A DNA stretch of 64,000 nt from Methanomicrobiales archaeon (GCA_030019205.1 JASEFH010000008.1:6207-70206), one strand, 5' to 3'; counted from the stretch's first letter, positions 1 to 12,415 are shown. The notes: generated from the letters alone by a model not told the origin. Numbers and translations: made by a program.

Positions 1-89
1 GGGGTTCCGTCGGGACGCAATCGGGCGGCCGGGAGGATGCCGAGATCCGCAGATCCATCCGTGCCGGCGAAATCCCTGCCGAGGGCGGC

Positions 90-422
90 ATGCGGCTGGC
101 CGAAGGGGAGGAGCCCCGTCGGCAGGAGGAGTACGTCTCGCCGGCATTCCAGGCCCTGACCGGTGCGGGAGAGCGAATCCAGATCCTTCGCGAAGACGGG
201 AGCGTGGAGGCGTTCAATCCGGAGAAGATCTCGCGAGCCCTAGAGGGCGCCGGCGCCACCTCCGAGGAAGCCCGGGAGATCGCCCGCCGGGTGGAGAGTG
301 GAATCTCTACCAGCCTGACAGCGGCGGAGCTGGACGATCAGGTGCGAGCGCAGGTCCGCCGGGTGAACCCGGAGATCGAGCGGCACTGGAACGCGTACAG
401 GGAGCGGTTCGGGGGGCGCTGA
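90..422 (+). CDS. ATP-cone domain protein (start uncertain)
   Basis: ORF 90-422. 'IQILREDGSVEAFNPEKISRALEGAG' fits the ATP-cone signature (hydrophobic-x-K/R-x-D-G-x-x-E-x-F-x-x-x-K-I). The frame has no stop back to nt 3, so the gene may begin upstream of the window. Confidence 0.6.
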   Translation: MRLAEGEEPRRQEEYVSPAFQALTGAGERIQILREDGSVEAFNPEKISRALEGAGATSEEAREIARRVESGISTSLTAAELDDQVRAQVRRVNPEIERHWNAYRERFGGR

Positions 423-557
423 TCGCACCGAACCCGGCTCTTTCACCCGCAACAAGAGTCGCCTGCCCGTTGCGATCCAAACGCTCTGTCCCTCCGTTTG
501 ATGGAAGGCGGTGGCCGGCATGGGCAGGACCGTGCGCGGAACCGGAGACGGGATCGA

Positions 558-1064
558 ATGACAGATTATCCGCGTGAGAAGCAGGACAGGGCCCCATCGG
601 CGGTGAAGCTCGAGCGTCCCGAGTTGGAGGAGGGCAGGGATCCGGCAGAAGAACAGGTCCGCGAAGAGCAGAGGCTATCCGGATCTCAGGTCCGCACCCG
701 CAGGTCGGGAACGGTATGGAAATCCATAATTGAAGGAGAGACGATGAATCCGGAAAGGGCAGAACCGCACGAGAGTGCGGAGAAGGGGGGGACGGAGCCT
801 CCCGGCGCGGAAGTATTGGAGAGGGCGATTCGGGAGGCGGGTGTACCGGATGCGGATGCCCGGGAGGTGGCCGGGGTGGTCGTAGGTTCCGTCCATTCCG
901 GCATGACATGGCAGGAGATCGACGCCCGCGTCAGAACGCTCCTGCGGCTGCGCAATCCCGCATGGGAGCGTATGTGGATCAACTCGCGTCCGGAGTCGCG
1001 CTCGCTCTGGATGCCCAAGACGGGTGACGTAAAGACGCCCGAAGATCTGGAACCGAACCGCTGA
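558..1064 (+). CDS. ATP-cone-like small protein, tandem paralog of the preceding gene
   Basis: ORF 498-1064. Candidate starts are ATG 558 and ATG 744 (the latter preceded by GGAGAG). 'LERAIREAGVPDADAREVAGVVV..IDARVRTLLRLRNPAWERMW' aligns by eye with 'ISRALEGAGATSEEAREIARRVE..LDDQVRAQVRRVNPEIERHW' of ORF 90-422. Confidence 0.45.
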   Translation: MTDYPREKQDRAPSAVKLERPELEEGRDPAEEQVREEQRLSGSQVRTRRSGTVWKSIIEGETMNPERAEPHESAEKGGTEPPGAEVLERAIREAGVPDADAREVAGVVVGSVHSGMTWQEIDARVRTLLRLRNPAWERMWINSRPESRSLWMPKTGDVKTPEDLEPNR

Positions 1065-2458
1065 TCCCCCCTCCATTCTCCCGCGCATATGATCCTGCTA
1101 CGGAAATAGGCGATCTCCGGTTTCGCTGCACGGGCAGATCCGTCAGCGGGCATGCCTATTCGTGAAGGGGGGTGCCTTCGTTCGCATACCGATCGTCGAT
1201 TCCGCGGGCACCCGGAATGCATCGGCGACCTCTCCTGGTCTTACGGACTTCATCGGTCCGCCCCGTCGTTCCCAGCCGCTATCGCCCGCCAGGGGGGAAA
1301 GGGATCTCCTTACCGGCGCTCGTCGACGATCCGCCCTTTCCTATCTCCGCCACCGCGGTGGCGGACTGTTGCGGGCACCAGCGGGGCACTCTCCGCTGAA
1401 ATACGGAAGATGCTAGCTGGTCCGTTCGAAAGGCTGGTTGCAGGGAGTTACGTACCTTTCCCCTCCCGCACCTGCCCCCATCGCACCGGAATACGGATGA
1501 GGCGATCCTCGTCTCCGCTGCACCTCGTCCTGTAATGCTACAGGCGGGGTGCGGACAGCCTGCTGTGCCTGCCCCGTACCCGAAGACAGCCTCCGTCCCC
1601 TGCCCGAGGCCCGGCTGCAGGGGACACCTCCCGGCCTTCGTTCGTTCCAAACGGGATCATTCGTTCCCGTGGTTCTCCCCAGTACTCCACAATGCCTGAA
1701 GAGCAGCGGCTCGGCCAGACCCTGATCCCGTAAACCTCGATGCTCGTTCCCCCTTCAGGCCCTGTCGCACCGGGAAAATGGAATTCGAGGGGGGAGGAGT
1801 TGGGCCCCTCCACCGCCCGAGAGCAGGGATGCCGTGCGCTGGCCGAATTCCTTTATCGACATCCGTGAGAGGGCGCCGGGTCCCGATCGAGCACACGGAC
1901 GCGATCCCGCCGCAGGTTCCCATGCCTGGCAGCCCCCCAGAGACAGGCAGTCTACCGCACCGGGTGGAGAGGGAACGGATCATCCCTGCCCTGCGCCGCA
2001 CAACAGCTCTTGCCCCTGAGATCCCGAGCGCCTTCGATACCGCCGGGAGAACGATAAGCCGGATGAAACACTCTTCGGATCAGTCCGCTGCCGTACCGAT
2101 AGAGCGGCGTTTATCCGCCTGTCAGCACCAGAACCGATGGCTGGCTCTGAAAGCACTGGCCGATCGCTCCATGGCCGAGTTGAATCGCCATATCCCCGGA
2201 TCCGCATTCCCGCCTCTGCTCGACCGAAGCATGCGAGCTTCTCTTGCCCGGAGAACGGCAGGCGCGTCTGCGGACAGGAGGCAGCGGGTCGAGAGATGCG
2301 TGAGGAGTCCGTACCCGCTCGCCCCATCTCCGTGGTCGTGGGTGGCGGCCTCCCGTGGAAGAATACGGCGAGGCCGGTTCTCTGAACGACTCGTGCCGGT
2401 TGAGCGGATATCGCACCCCCCGCTGTCGGTTACGCTGCCATTTACTCCCCCTCGATAT

Positions 2459-3061
2459 CTACGCGCTGGATGGTTCCCTGGCTGAGACTTTGCCATCGGT
2501 GGCTGGCGGAGCCGAGATCGCCGCGGCCTCTTCGATCTCGATCACAATTCCCCACATCTGGAGAGTGCTGACGTCTTCGCGCGGAACCGCGCGGAACCGT
2601 ATCCGCAGCCCATCCACCTTCAGGCCCGGCTCCAGATTCAGGGGATAGTAGCGTATCTGGTCGTCGGTGACGATGCCGTAGAATCCCCCCTCCAGATCCA
2701 CGAACCGCACGGTACCCGTGGTATTGACCATGGCCTCCGGAGGTTCGTGTGGAACGCTGATCGGAGTGATGCTCACGATCTCGATGGGCGTCCCCCACAT
2801 CTGTATGGTGGCGAGATCGCTCTTCTTCTTCGCTTCGAACCGAACGGGCAGTCCATGCCGTGAGAAGTCCTCCTCGAGGTTCAGGGGAACGTACTTCTCA
2901 CCGTCCTCGGTGGCGATGCCGTAGAACCCGCCTTCGAGCTCCACGTGGACGACCGTACCCGTACCAGAGATCATCTCCCCGCTTCCCTGAGTGATGCATC
3001 CGCATCCGGCGACAAAGAGCGCAAGGGTTAGTGTATATCCGATAAGATGCCGAATCTGCAT
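2459..3061 (-). CDS. Putative lipoprotein with two tandem ~75-aa repeat domains, function unknown
   Basis: Internal ATG at 3061 gives 'MQIRHLIGYTLTLALFVAGCGC' (signal peptide plus lipobox-like Cys). The mature part is a duplicated module: 'GTGTVVHVELEGGFYGIATEDGEKYVPLNL..IQMWGTPIEIVSI' and 'TTGTVRFVDLEGGFYGIVTDDQIRYYPLNL..LQMWGIVIEIEE'. Confidence 0.7.
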   Translation of the reverse strand: MQIRHLIGYTLTLALFVAGCGCITQGSGEMISGTGTVVHVELEGGFYGIATEDGEKYVPLNLEEDFSRHGLPVRFEAKKKSDLATIQMWGTPIEIVSITPISVPHEPPEAMVNTTGTVRFVDLEGGFYGIVTDDQIRYYPLNLEPGLKVDGLRIRFRAVPREDVSTLQMWGIVIEIEEAAAISAPPATDGKVSAREPSSA

Positions 3062-3292
3062 GGTTGCTCGGATAACGGTTGGCGTCGCACCCACATCAAA
3101 ATTCTCTAAACTTCGAGATTTTTCGTAATCATCTGTTATTACCGGCTCATCGAATTCACGGAAGCAAAGGATACCCTGCATTACCACATACGTCCTGCCA
3201 TCCTTCCTGCCGAACCTGCACGGCGAGGGAAACGATTAATAAACAGTTCTCGTACATGGTCAGACCGGCAGTCGTTTGAAGAGAGGTTGACC

Positions 3293-4654
3293 ATGATATT
3301 CGAGAAGATCGTCTCCGAGGGCCTGGCACACAACTCCTACTTTATCGGCTCCGGCGGCAGTGCCGCAGTCATCGATCCCCGCAGGGACTGCGAGGTCTAC
3401 ATGCAGCTCGCAGAACAGTACGGGGTTGACATCACCCACATCTTCGAGACTCACCGCAATGAGGACTACCTCATCGGATCCGTGCCGCTCGCTGAAAAGG
3501 TGAAGGCGGAGATCTACCACAGCGACAGGACCGAGTTCGCATACGGGCAGAGCGTGCGGGAGGGCGATACGTTCCGCATCGGTTCTCTGGAGCTGGAGAT
3601 CTTGGAGACCCCTGGGCACACCCCGGAGAGCATCTCCATCATCGTCCGCGACCATGAAGTCTCTGGGGAACCATACCTCGTCTTCACGGGAGACGCGCTC
3701 TTCGCGGGCGAAGTGGGGAGAACGGATCTGGTGAAGGGACGACAGGAGGAGATGGCGAAGCTGCTCGCGGAGAGCATCTTCGACAAGCTGCTGAAGCTGG
3801 ACGACGGAGTGCTTGTTTTCCCCGCCCACGGTGCGGGTTCCGCGTGCGGCGGCCATATCGCAGACCATCCGCATACCACCATCGGATACGAGAAGAGGAC
3901 AAACCCGCGTTTGAGGAAGGGGAGAGAGGCGTTCATCCGGGAGAAAAGTCGCGAGATACTCTACTTCCCTCCCTATTTTTCGAAGGTGGAGGCATTGAAC
4001 CTGATCGGCCCTGCAGGCTGCGGCCGCCCGTATCTCGAACCCCTCTCCATCCAGGACGTGCATGAGTGCCGTCGAAAAGGAGCCCAGGTCCTGGACATCC
4101 GCTCCCCCACCGCATTTGCCGGTGGCCACCTGCCCGGCAGCATCCACATCTGGCGGGAGGGCCTGACCTCCTACATGGGATACCTGCTGAACTACGAGGA
4201 TCCTATCGTCCTCGTCCATGACTACCAGGATCTGGAGAGCGTCGCTGCCGACTTCATCCGGATGGGCTACGATAATGTGGCCGGATATCTCGGTCCTAAA
4301 TACTCCGCCTGGTTCACGGCAGCGCAGGAGATCGAGACCACCCGCACATGGTCGGTCCAGGATCTCCACGAACGGCTCTCCAATCCGACGCTGTTCATCC
4401 TGGATGTGCGGGACATCAGGAACCGCCGGAGCATCGGGCATATCCCGGGCTCCCGCCACATTTTCGTCGGTCACCTGGCCGACCACCTGGGCGAGGTCCC
4501 GAGGGACAGGACGGTCGTGGTCTACTGCGACTCGGGGTTCAAGGGGAGCCTGGGAGCCAGCATCCTCCAGAAGCACGGCTATGAGCACGTCGTGAACCTC
4601 CTCGGCGGCGCCACCGCCTGGGTGAATGCAGGGTATCCGGTCGAGAAGGAGTAA
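3293..4654 (+). CDS. MBL-fold hydrolase/dioxygenase-like protein fused to two rhodanese domains
   Basis: ATG 3293 follows GAGAGG. MBL motifs present: 'ETPGHTPES', 'FTGDALF', 'FPAHGAGS'. Motif 2 is atypical, 'THRNEDY' instead of HxHxDH. Two C-terminal rhodanese modules: the first has Asp at the catalytic position ('VLVHDYQD'), the second keeps the catalytic Cys ('VVYCDSGFKGS'). Confidence 0.85.
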   Translation: MIFEKIVSEGLAHNSYFIGSGGSAAVIDPRRDCEVYMQLAEQYGVDITHIFETHRNEDYLIGSVPLAEKVKAEIYHSDRTEFAYGQSVREGDTFRIGSLELEILETPGHTPESISIIVRDHEVSGEPYLVFTGDALFAGEVGRTDLVKGRQEEMAKLLAESIFDKLLKLDDGVLVFPAHGAGSACGGHIADHPHTTIGYEKRTNPRLRKGREAFIREKSREILYFPPYFSKVEALNLIGPAGCGRPYLEPLSIQDVHECRRKGAQVLDIRSPTAFAGGHLPGSIHIWREGLTSYMGYLLNYEDPIVLVHDYQDLESVAADFIRMGYDNVAGYLGPKYSAWFTAAQEIETTRTWSVQDLHERLSNPTLFILDVRDIRNRRSIGHIPGSRHIFVGHLADHLGEVPRDRTVVVYCDSGFKGSLGASILQKHGYEHVVNLLGGATAWVNAGYPVEKE

Positions 4655-5250
4655 AGCAGAATACGCCGGCCCGGGAGCCACGGGAAGAATTTTTCCGATG
4701 CGGGAAACGGATCTGAGAGGGCAGGCGCCCCGCACTCCGCCATCTCCCCTCCATGGGGACGCGTTAACCTTCCGGCAGTTGGCCTGTCCCGCGCGGCATG
4801 ACGGAATCCCCCGTCGTCGAAGCCGTTCTCCTGCTCCCCGATCCCGTCCTGAACCTTGCGCTCCCGCTGAACCCCCTGCTGGAAGTCCCTCAGAATGCGA
4901 TCCGACCGCGCAGGGAGAAGAACAGGCTGTATACCCCCTCGTTATTCTCGGCGCGCGGAGGGCAGGTGGTCCCCCCCTCGGCTGTGCCCTGAAGAGAGGG
5001 GATCCCCGCATACGATCGATTGCATCAACCATCTCCTCGAGAGATCGGCCTTCGAGCGTTATCCTCCCGCATCACCCGGGATCGGGGGGCTTCCCGGGGA
5101 GGATGCGGTTACCCGCTTGTCGCACGGCCTCAGCGTGCACACCGCCGGGCCCTGCCGCGCGGGAACTTCTCTGCACAATCCGACAGACGCCAGGGTGGCC
5201 TGGCGGCGGAATCGATACCAGCCAGCCCGTTCTGGTGCGTGTTCGTCCCC

Positions 5251-7374
5251 TCACTCCTGCTCCGATGCCGCCGCCACCCGGGCCCCTTCTGCAGCCGCAG
5301 GCTCCGGGGGCGGAGCTTCCCTCGCCGGCGGCCCCAGAACCTTCATGCCCGCCAGGATCCGCCCTATCGCTTTGAAAGCATCCTCAAGTTCGGTGAAGTT
5401 CGGAATGCCCTTCTCGCGGAGCAGCCGTAACCCCCCCTTCATATGCTCTCCCCCCAGCAGGCATCCCACGACCATCCGGTCCGTGCGCTTCTGGAGCCGC
5501 TCGATCTCGTGGGCGAGGAGGCGGGGGTCCAGGACGGACGTAGGCCCGGCGATGATGCAGGCGATGTCCCAGAGATCCTGATGACGGATCAGCACGTCGA
5601 ACACCCGCGCATACCGGTCGGCACCGGCATCCCCTACGATATCCAGAGGATTGGCATGGCTCCAGGTGGAGGGCAGGACGCAGTTCAACTCCTCCATCAT
5701 GTGGGGCGGCAGCACTGCCAGGTCGATACCGAACCTCTCCGCGTAGTCGGAGCCGAGAACGGCGAACCCTCCCGCTCCGGTGACGATGACTGCCCTGCGG
5801 CCGCCGGGATATCCCTCAGCCGCGATCACCTCTGCCATGTTGAAGGCCTCGCGGAGCGAGAATGCCGGGATCACGCCGGTCTGCCGGAACGCAGCCATGT
5901 AGACCTCGTAGCTCCCTGCGAGGGAACCAGTATGGGATATGGCGGCTTCTCTGCCTTTCGTCGAAGAGCCTGCCTTCAGGGCGATGATCGGCTTCTTCCT
6001 CGAAATCCCGGCCACGGTTTCCATGAACTCACGGCCGTTGCGGATCTCCTCAATATACAGGATGATCGCCCGGGTGTTCTCGTCCTGCTCGAGGAACTTC
6101 AGGTAATCGACGAAGCTCAGGTCCGTCTGATTGCCGACGCTCACGACGGCGGAGAATCCGATGCCTTCCGTGATACTCCAGTCCACCACGGTCGTGATGA
6201 TCGCGCCGCTCTGGGAGACAAATCCGATGTAACCGGGCTGCGCGGATACGGGATCAAACGTGGTATTGATCCCCCGGTGCGGAAGCATGATCCCCAGGCT
6301 GTTCGGGCCGACGATCCGAATGCCGTACGTGCGGGCGATCTCAAGCAGTCTCTCCTCTTCTACCCTTCCCCTCTCTCCCGTCTCCCGGAAGCCCGCCGAG
6401 ACGATAACCGCCAGTTTCGCACCCTTTCTCCCGCTCTCCTCCAGCACCTGGGGCACCGCGGGGGCAGGCACCGCAATCACGACCATATCGATATCCCCCG
6501 GGATGGCGCCGAGGGATCCGTATGTCCTGTGGCCAAGGATCTCCGTTCGTTTCGGGTTCACCGCATAGAGCCGCCCGGGATAATTGAGCAGGTTCCGAAA
6601 GACGGCATACCCGATCTTCCGTGGGTCCGAGGAGGCACCGACGACCGCGATCGAGTCCGCGTAGAAGACCTCGGGAGAGAATGGCAGGGGCTCCCGCCTC
6701 TCCAGCGCCGCGGCACCCCAATCCTCCATGTATATTCGCGCGTCCACGGCAGACGCCCCCCGTTCGTAAAGGATCATCGGGTTGATGTCGAACTCCACGA
6801 TCCGATGGTCGTTGCAGAAGAGATTCCCGACGTTCAGGATCTGCTCGATCAACGCCTCCTCGTCCATGCCACGCCCCCGGAATCCAGCGATCAAATGATA
6901 GCCGCGGATCTCGCGGACCATCCTCTCCGCATCCTCCCGATCGATGGGAAGCACCCGCATGGCGATATCACGGAGAAGTTCCACGAACACGCCCCCGAGA
7001 CCGAAGGTGATCACTTTGCCGAAGGTGGGATCGGTCCTCCCGCCGATGATCACCTCCAGCCCTGGCGGCAGCTGTTTCTCCACCATCACCCCGCGGATCT
7101 CCGCTCGGGGATCGTACTCCGTGACGTTCTCGATGACAGAACGGTACGCCTGCCGCGCCTCCTGCTGGTTCCGGATCTCCAGCACCACGCCGCCGGCGTC
7201 TGTCTTGTGGACGATCTGGGGGGAGACCACCTTCATGACGACGGGATAGCCGATACTGTCCGCGAACGCAGCTGCGTCCTCTTCGTTCTGCACGATCGCA
7301 TGAGCCGGGACGGGAACCCCGTTCTCCCGTAACAGTTCGTATCCTTCCGCTTCAGATAACAGTCTTCTGGCCAT
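5251..7374 (-). CDS. ADP-forming acetyl-CoA synthetase family protein (acetate--CoA ligase, NDP-forming), single fused polypeptide
   Basis: 707-aa ORF. N-terminal ATP-grasp part ('GYPVVMKVVSPQIVHKTDAGGVVL'), then CoA-binding ('IAVVGASSDPRKIGYAVFRNL') and CoA-ligase/flavodoxin-like parts ('GFVSQSGAI', 'HTGSLAGS'). Confidence 0.9.
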   Translation of the reverse strand: MARRLLSEAEGYELLRENGVPVPAHAIVQNEEDAAAFADSIGYPVVMKVVSPQIVHKTDAGGVVLEIRNQQEARQAYRSVIENVTEYDPRAEIRGVMVEKQLPPGLEVIIGGRTDPTFGKVITFGLGGVFVELLRDIAMRVLPIDREDAERMVREIRGYHLIAGFRGRGMDEEALIEQILNVGNLFCNDHRIVEFDINPMILYERGASAVDARIYMEDWGAAALERREPLPFSPEVFYADSIAVVGASSDPRKIGYAVFRNLLNYPGRLYAVNPKRTEILGHRTYGSLGAIPGDIDMVVIAVPAPAVPQVLEESGRKGAKLAVIVSAGFRETGERGRVEEERLLEIARTYGIRIVGPNSLGIMLPHRGINTTFDPVSAQPGYIGFVSQSGAIITTVVDWSITEGIGFSAVVSVGNQTDLSFVDYLKFLEQDENTRAIILYIEEIRNGREFMETVAGISRKKPIIALKAGSSTKGREAAISHTGSLAGSYEVYMAAFRQTGVIPAFSLREAFNMAEVIAAEGYPGGRRAVIVTGAGGFAVLGSDYAERFGIDLAVLPPHMMEELNCVLPSTWSHANPLDIVGDAGADRYARVFDVLIRHQDLWDIACIIAGPTSVLDPRLLAHEIERLQKRTDRMVVGCLLGGEHMKGGLRLLREKGIPNFTELEDAFKAIGRILAGMKVLGPPAREAPPPEPAAAEGARVAAASEQE

Positions 7375-7499
7375 GTGACATCCTCGATCCTGGTGTTTGC
7401 ATTCCGGGATACCCAGGAGCTGGCGCCCCCTGCGAGCCTTTCCCTCTCCCGGACATTCCGGGGGAATGATCCCCGCTCCATTATGTACGTATCGATCTC

Positions 7500-9581
<2,082 letters not shown>

Positions 9582-10926
9582 CCCTGATCACGCTCCTGCC
9601 GCCTGCAGGCGTGGACGGATAGGTCCGCAAGGGAGGCGACGCTCCCCGTGTCCCTTCGCTTCCGCTCGCCACTTCGGCGGTTCGACCGATCGCGGTTGGA
9701 ATGCGGAACCAGCGGCCGATCCCGACGATCGTTTCCCGCTCTCCGTGATGGAATATCCATGGATCTGCATGTTTCCTGCTCCGATCTTCGAATTCGAACC
9801 ATTGAATGCCTGTATTCGTGATAAAAGTATCCCCGGATCCTCAAGTAAGGATTATCCGCCCGCGGGTTTCGCCCCTGCCTGACGGCCTTTGCCTCGGGAG
9901 GATATGGATCACAATAACGGGTCCCCTCAGGTCAGGGAGGTCTGGATGCCGTGAGAGGCCTGGGCGGGATAAGCGGGGGTTCCGCGTTATCGCGCAGCGG
10001 ATCCTCGACGCGGCAAGGGAGCTGCCATGCCGGGCACAACCCTTCCGTTCGCCCGGGGACAGCCGCGAGCATAGATAAGTTAGCCCCTCTGCTCCCCATA
10101 TCTTGACCTATCGCTACGGTCGGGAGTGGGGGCGAACATCCTCCTATTTCACAAACCTTCCCAGGCTGCGATTGTCCCTCTAGGAGCGCAGAGGAACGGA
10201 AGCCGATGATGCCTGAAAAGAGGTTGGAGCGCACCTGAAGGTATTCGAGGGCCTATCCGGGGTCGGCCGGCGCGGGATCGGTCCACTGGTCGGTTGAGGC
10301 AGGGGACGCAAGATCCCTCGGGCAATGTGTCCGCCCCATCCTAACGGAGTCCCGCAAATGCTCTCCGCCAACCTGTTATCGCGGGATGGCCGATGCCTGG
10401 ATCCACCGGATCCCGTGCCCCCGGGCATGGACGGGAGAGGCGTTCCCCTTCAGAGTCCCCCATCACCTTCTTCCGGGCAGGGTGTACGGAGGAGTCCTGT
10501 CTCCCCGCAGTGCGGCCTCTCCCCTGGAAGAGGATCGGGGATACCCCGCGGTCCCTCTCCCATGAGATCCTCAGGGGCAATGGATCCCATGGGTGCGATC
10601 AGCCCGGTGTCGGGCGTGCGCGCATGTCGCAGTCTTGTGGCCCGCCGTTTGGAACATTTCATCGAATGTCTCCGCAGGGTATATCGCAGGCGGGGGAGGA
10701 TCCTGCGCGTCGCGATGCCCCGGGGAGTGCCATACTACACCTACGGGATTTGCGAAGAAGGTTGCGGGGGTGGCCCTGACGCTTCCGGAACCCACTTCGA
10801 TGTTCTCCTCCCCCCTTTCATTCGCTACGCGGGACTCCCGAATCCACTCGCCGAACGGTTCCGGTGTGCCCACCGGTTATGCGATCCTTTTATGTAGCAG
10901 CTTCGGAGGTACGGATCGAAACCGCC

Positions 10927-11469
10927 ATGCGTCCCTGCGAAGATCTGGTCATCGTCAGGCTGCCTTCCGGTTACACCAGACCGCGCCGCGATCTGCTTCG
11001 GGATGCGACGGACCGCTGGGGTCCGCTGAAGACAGCGATACCGGGGGTCCGGATGACTCTGGACGCACTGCAGCAGTTCTCCAGAGATCTGCTGGTCATC
11101 TGTCACTGGAGAATCGTTCTGGGTGCGCTGGCGTATCGGCGGGATTACTACGATCCGGGACTGCTCAAGATGACGGATGTCGGCGTGGTCCTGCGGAGAC
11201 TGGGACTGGGAACCGCGCTCGTGCAGGCCGCGATCCGGGTTGCGTGCGAGCAGCGGCGCGGCATCACGCTCAATCCCATCGACGATGCCGCCCGTGCCTT
11301 CTTCGCGAGATGGGGGATGCACGAGCGGCGGGAGGGGGATCAGGTGCATCTGGAGCTCAGCGCGGACGAGGTGCATGCCCTGGCAGAGAAGGGACCATCG
11401 ATTCCCCTAGTCGACGAACCTCCCCTCCCCGATCGGAGCGGATCCGGAACGGGCGGCACGTTCAGGTAA
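10927..11469 (+). CDS. GNAT-family N-acetyltransferase (putative)
   Basis: ATG 10927 inside ORF 10864-11469. 'VVLRRLGLGTALVQAAI' resembles GNAT motif A (R-x-x-G-x-G/A). The 3' end overlaps the convergent uvdE stop by 8 nt. Confidence 0.55.
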   Translation: MRPCEDLVIVRLPSGYTRPRRDLLRDATDRWGPLKTAIPGVRMTLDALQQFSRDLLVICHWRIVLGALAYRRDYYDPGLLKMTDVGVVLRRLGLGTALVQAAIRVACEQRRGITLNPIDDAARAFFARWGMHERREGDQVHLELSADEVHALAEKGPSIPLVDEPPLPDRSGSGTGGTFR

Positions 11470-12415
11470 CGCTGCTCGTGGATACCCGTATAAATCGCGG
11501 ATCCGAAGCTGCCGCCTCCACCGCCTGGATGGCACTTCGCTCCTTGTCTTTGATCTCCAGCATGATGTCGATATCCACGGGGCGGGATACCGCAAGGAAT
11601 CTCCGGAAGTCAGCGAGATCGATCGACTCCGCATGCACCCCCGCCCGTCTCCCCGCCTGCTGCGAGCTGTAATCCACCATGGGAACGCCGTCTTCCGCTG
11701 CCCAGGTGGCGCCTGCCAAGCGCACCGCCTCTCCACAACTCTCGCCGGAGCCGTTCACGCGGTGGTGAAATACATCCAGCAGGACCGGTACGCCTGTCCT
11801 GTCGTGCACGCTCACGCAGTCGGCGAGCGTATACAGGCGATCGTCGTTCTCTATCACGAGGCGGGAGCGGATCTGATCCGGGAGGGCTTCATACCGCCTG
11901 ATGAACCTCTCGATGCTCCTTCGCCTGTCTCCGTAGACGCCTCCGAGATGCAGCTGCACCTTGGCGTCCGTAGGGAGCTCCAGCGCTTCGAGCACCTGCG
12001 CATGATATGCGAGTCCCCTCTTGCTCCTCTCCTGAACGGCGGTATTCATCGAGTTCAGCAGAACGAACTGGTCCGGGTGCATGGAGATGCGGATGCGGTG
12101 CCGACGGATGAACTCCGCGATACAGGAGAATGCATCGGCGAATCGCCTCTGCCAGGGAGATCGGCAGTCGGGGTGGGAAGCGAAGGGTATCAGATCAGAG
12201 GTGATCCGGAAGAAGAGGATGCCGTTCTCCACGTTGAACTCCAGTATTCGGTACAGGCATTCGAGGTTGTTCCGGACAGCCCGTTCCAGCCTCTCCTCCG
12301 AGTACGATGCCAGGCGAAACGTCGATCCTGCCCGGCATCCGATGCTCCTGTTGATGCAGGGATACCCGATCCGCACGATCCATCCCCCCTTTGCGATACT
12401 CCCTCTTAATACCAT
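11462..12415 (-). CDS. uvdE: UV damage endonuclease (UvdE/UvsE family)
   Basis: 'RIGYPCINRSIGCRAGSTFRLASYSEERLERAVRNNLECLYRILEFNVENGILFFRITSDLIPFASHP' matches my recollection of UvdE N-termini. Start taken at ATG 12415. Confidence 0.85.
   Translation of the reverse strand: MVLRGSIAKGGWIVRIGYPCINRSIGCRAGSTFRLASYSEERLERAVRNNLECLYRILEFNVENGILFFRITSDLIPFASHPDCRSPWQRRFADAFSCIAEFIRRHRIRISMHPDQFVLLNSMNTAVQERSKRGLAYHAQVLEALELPTDAKVQLHLGGVYGDRRRSIERFIRRYEALPDQIRSRLVIENDDRLYTLADCVSVHDRTGVPVLLDVFHHRVNGSGESCGEAVRLAGATWAAEDGVPMVDYSSQQAGRRAGVHAESIDLADFRRFLAVSRPVDIDIMLEIKDKERSAIQAVEAAASDPRFIRVSTSSVT

Noticed and set aside
3260-5032. 590-aa minus-strand ORF, one of the longer ORFs in the track
   Set aside because: It runs antisense to the well-supported MBL-rhodanese gene. 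Its composition is dominated by R/G/A/P/D with no recognisable motif, which is typical of a shadow ORF in GC-rich DNA.
5443-7332. 629-aa plus-strand ORF
   Set aside because: Antisense to the ADP-forming acetyl-CoA synthetase gene. Low-complexity R/G/D/H-rich translation with no domain signature.
9582-10926. Possible structured RNA (RNase P or SRP RNA) in the 1.3-kb divergent intergenic region; 'gcatagataagttagcc' loosely recalls the RNase P 'UAGAUGAAUG' element
   Set aside because: I could not find the universally conserved RNase P CR-I ('GAGGAAAGUCC') or CR-V ('ACAGAAnCCGGCUUA') elements nearby on either strand, nor the SRP helix-8 motifs. The resemblance is a single short string. A covariance-model scan (Rfam/Infernal) would settle it.
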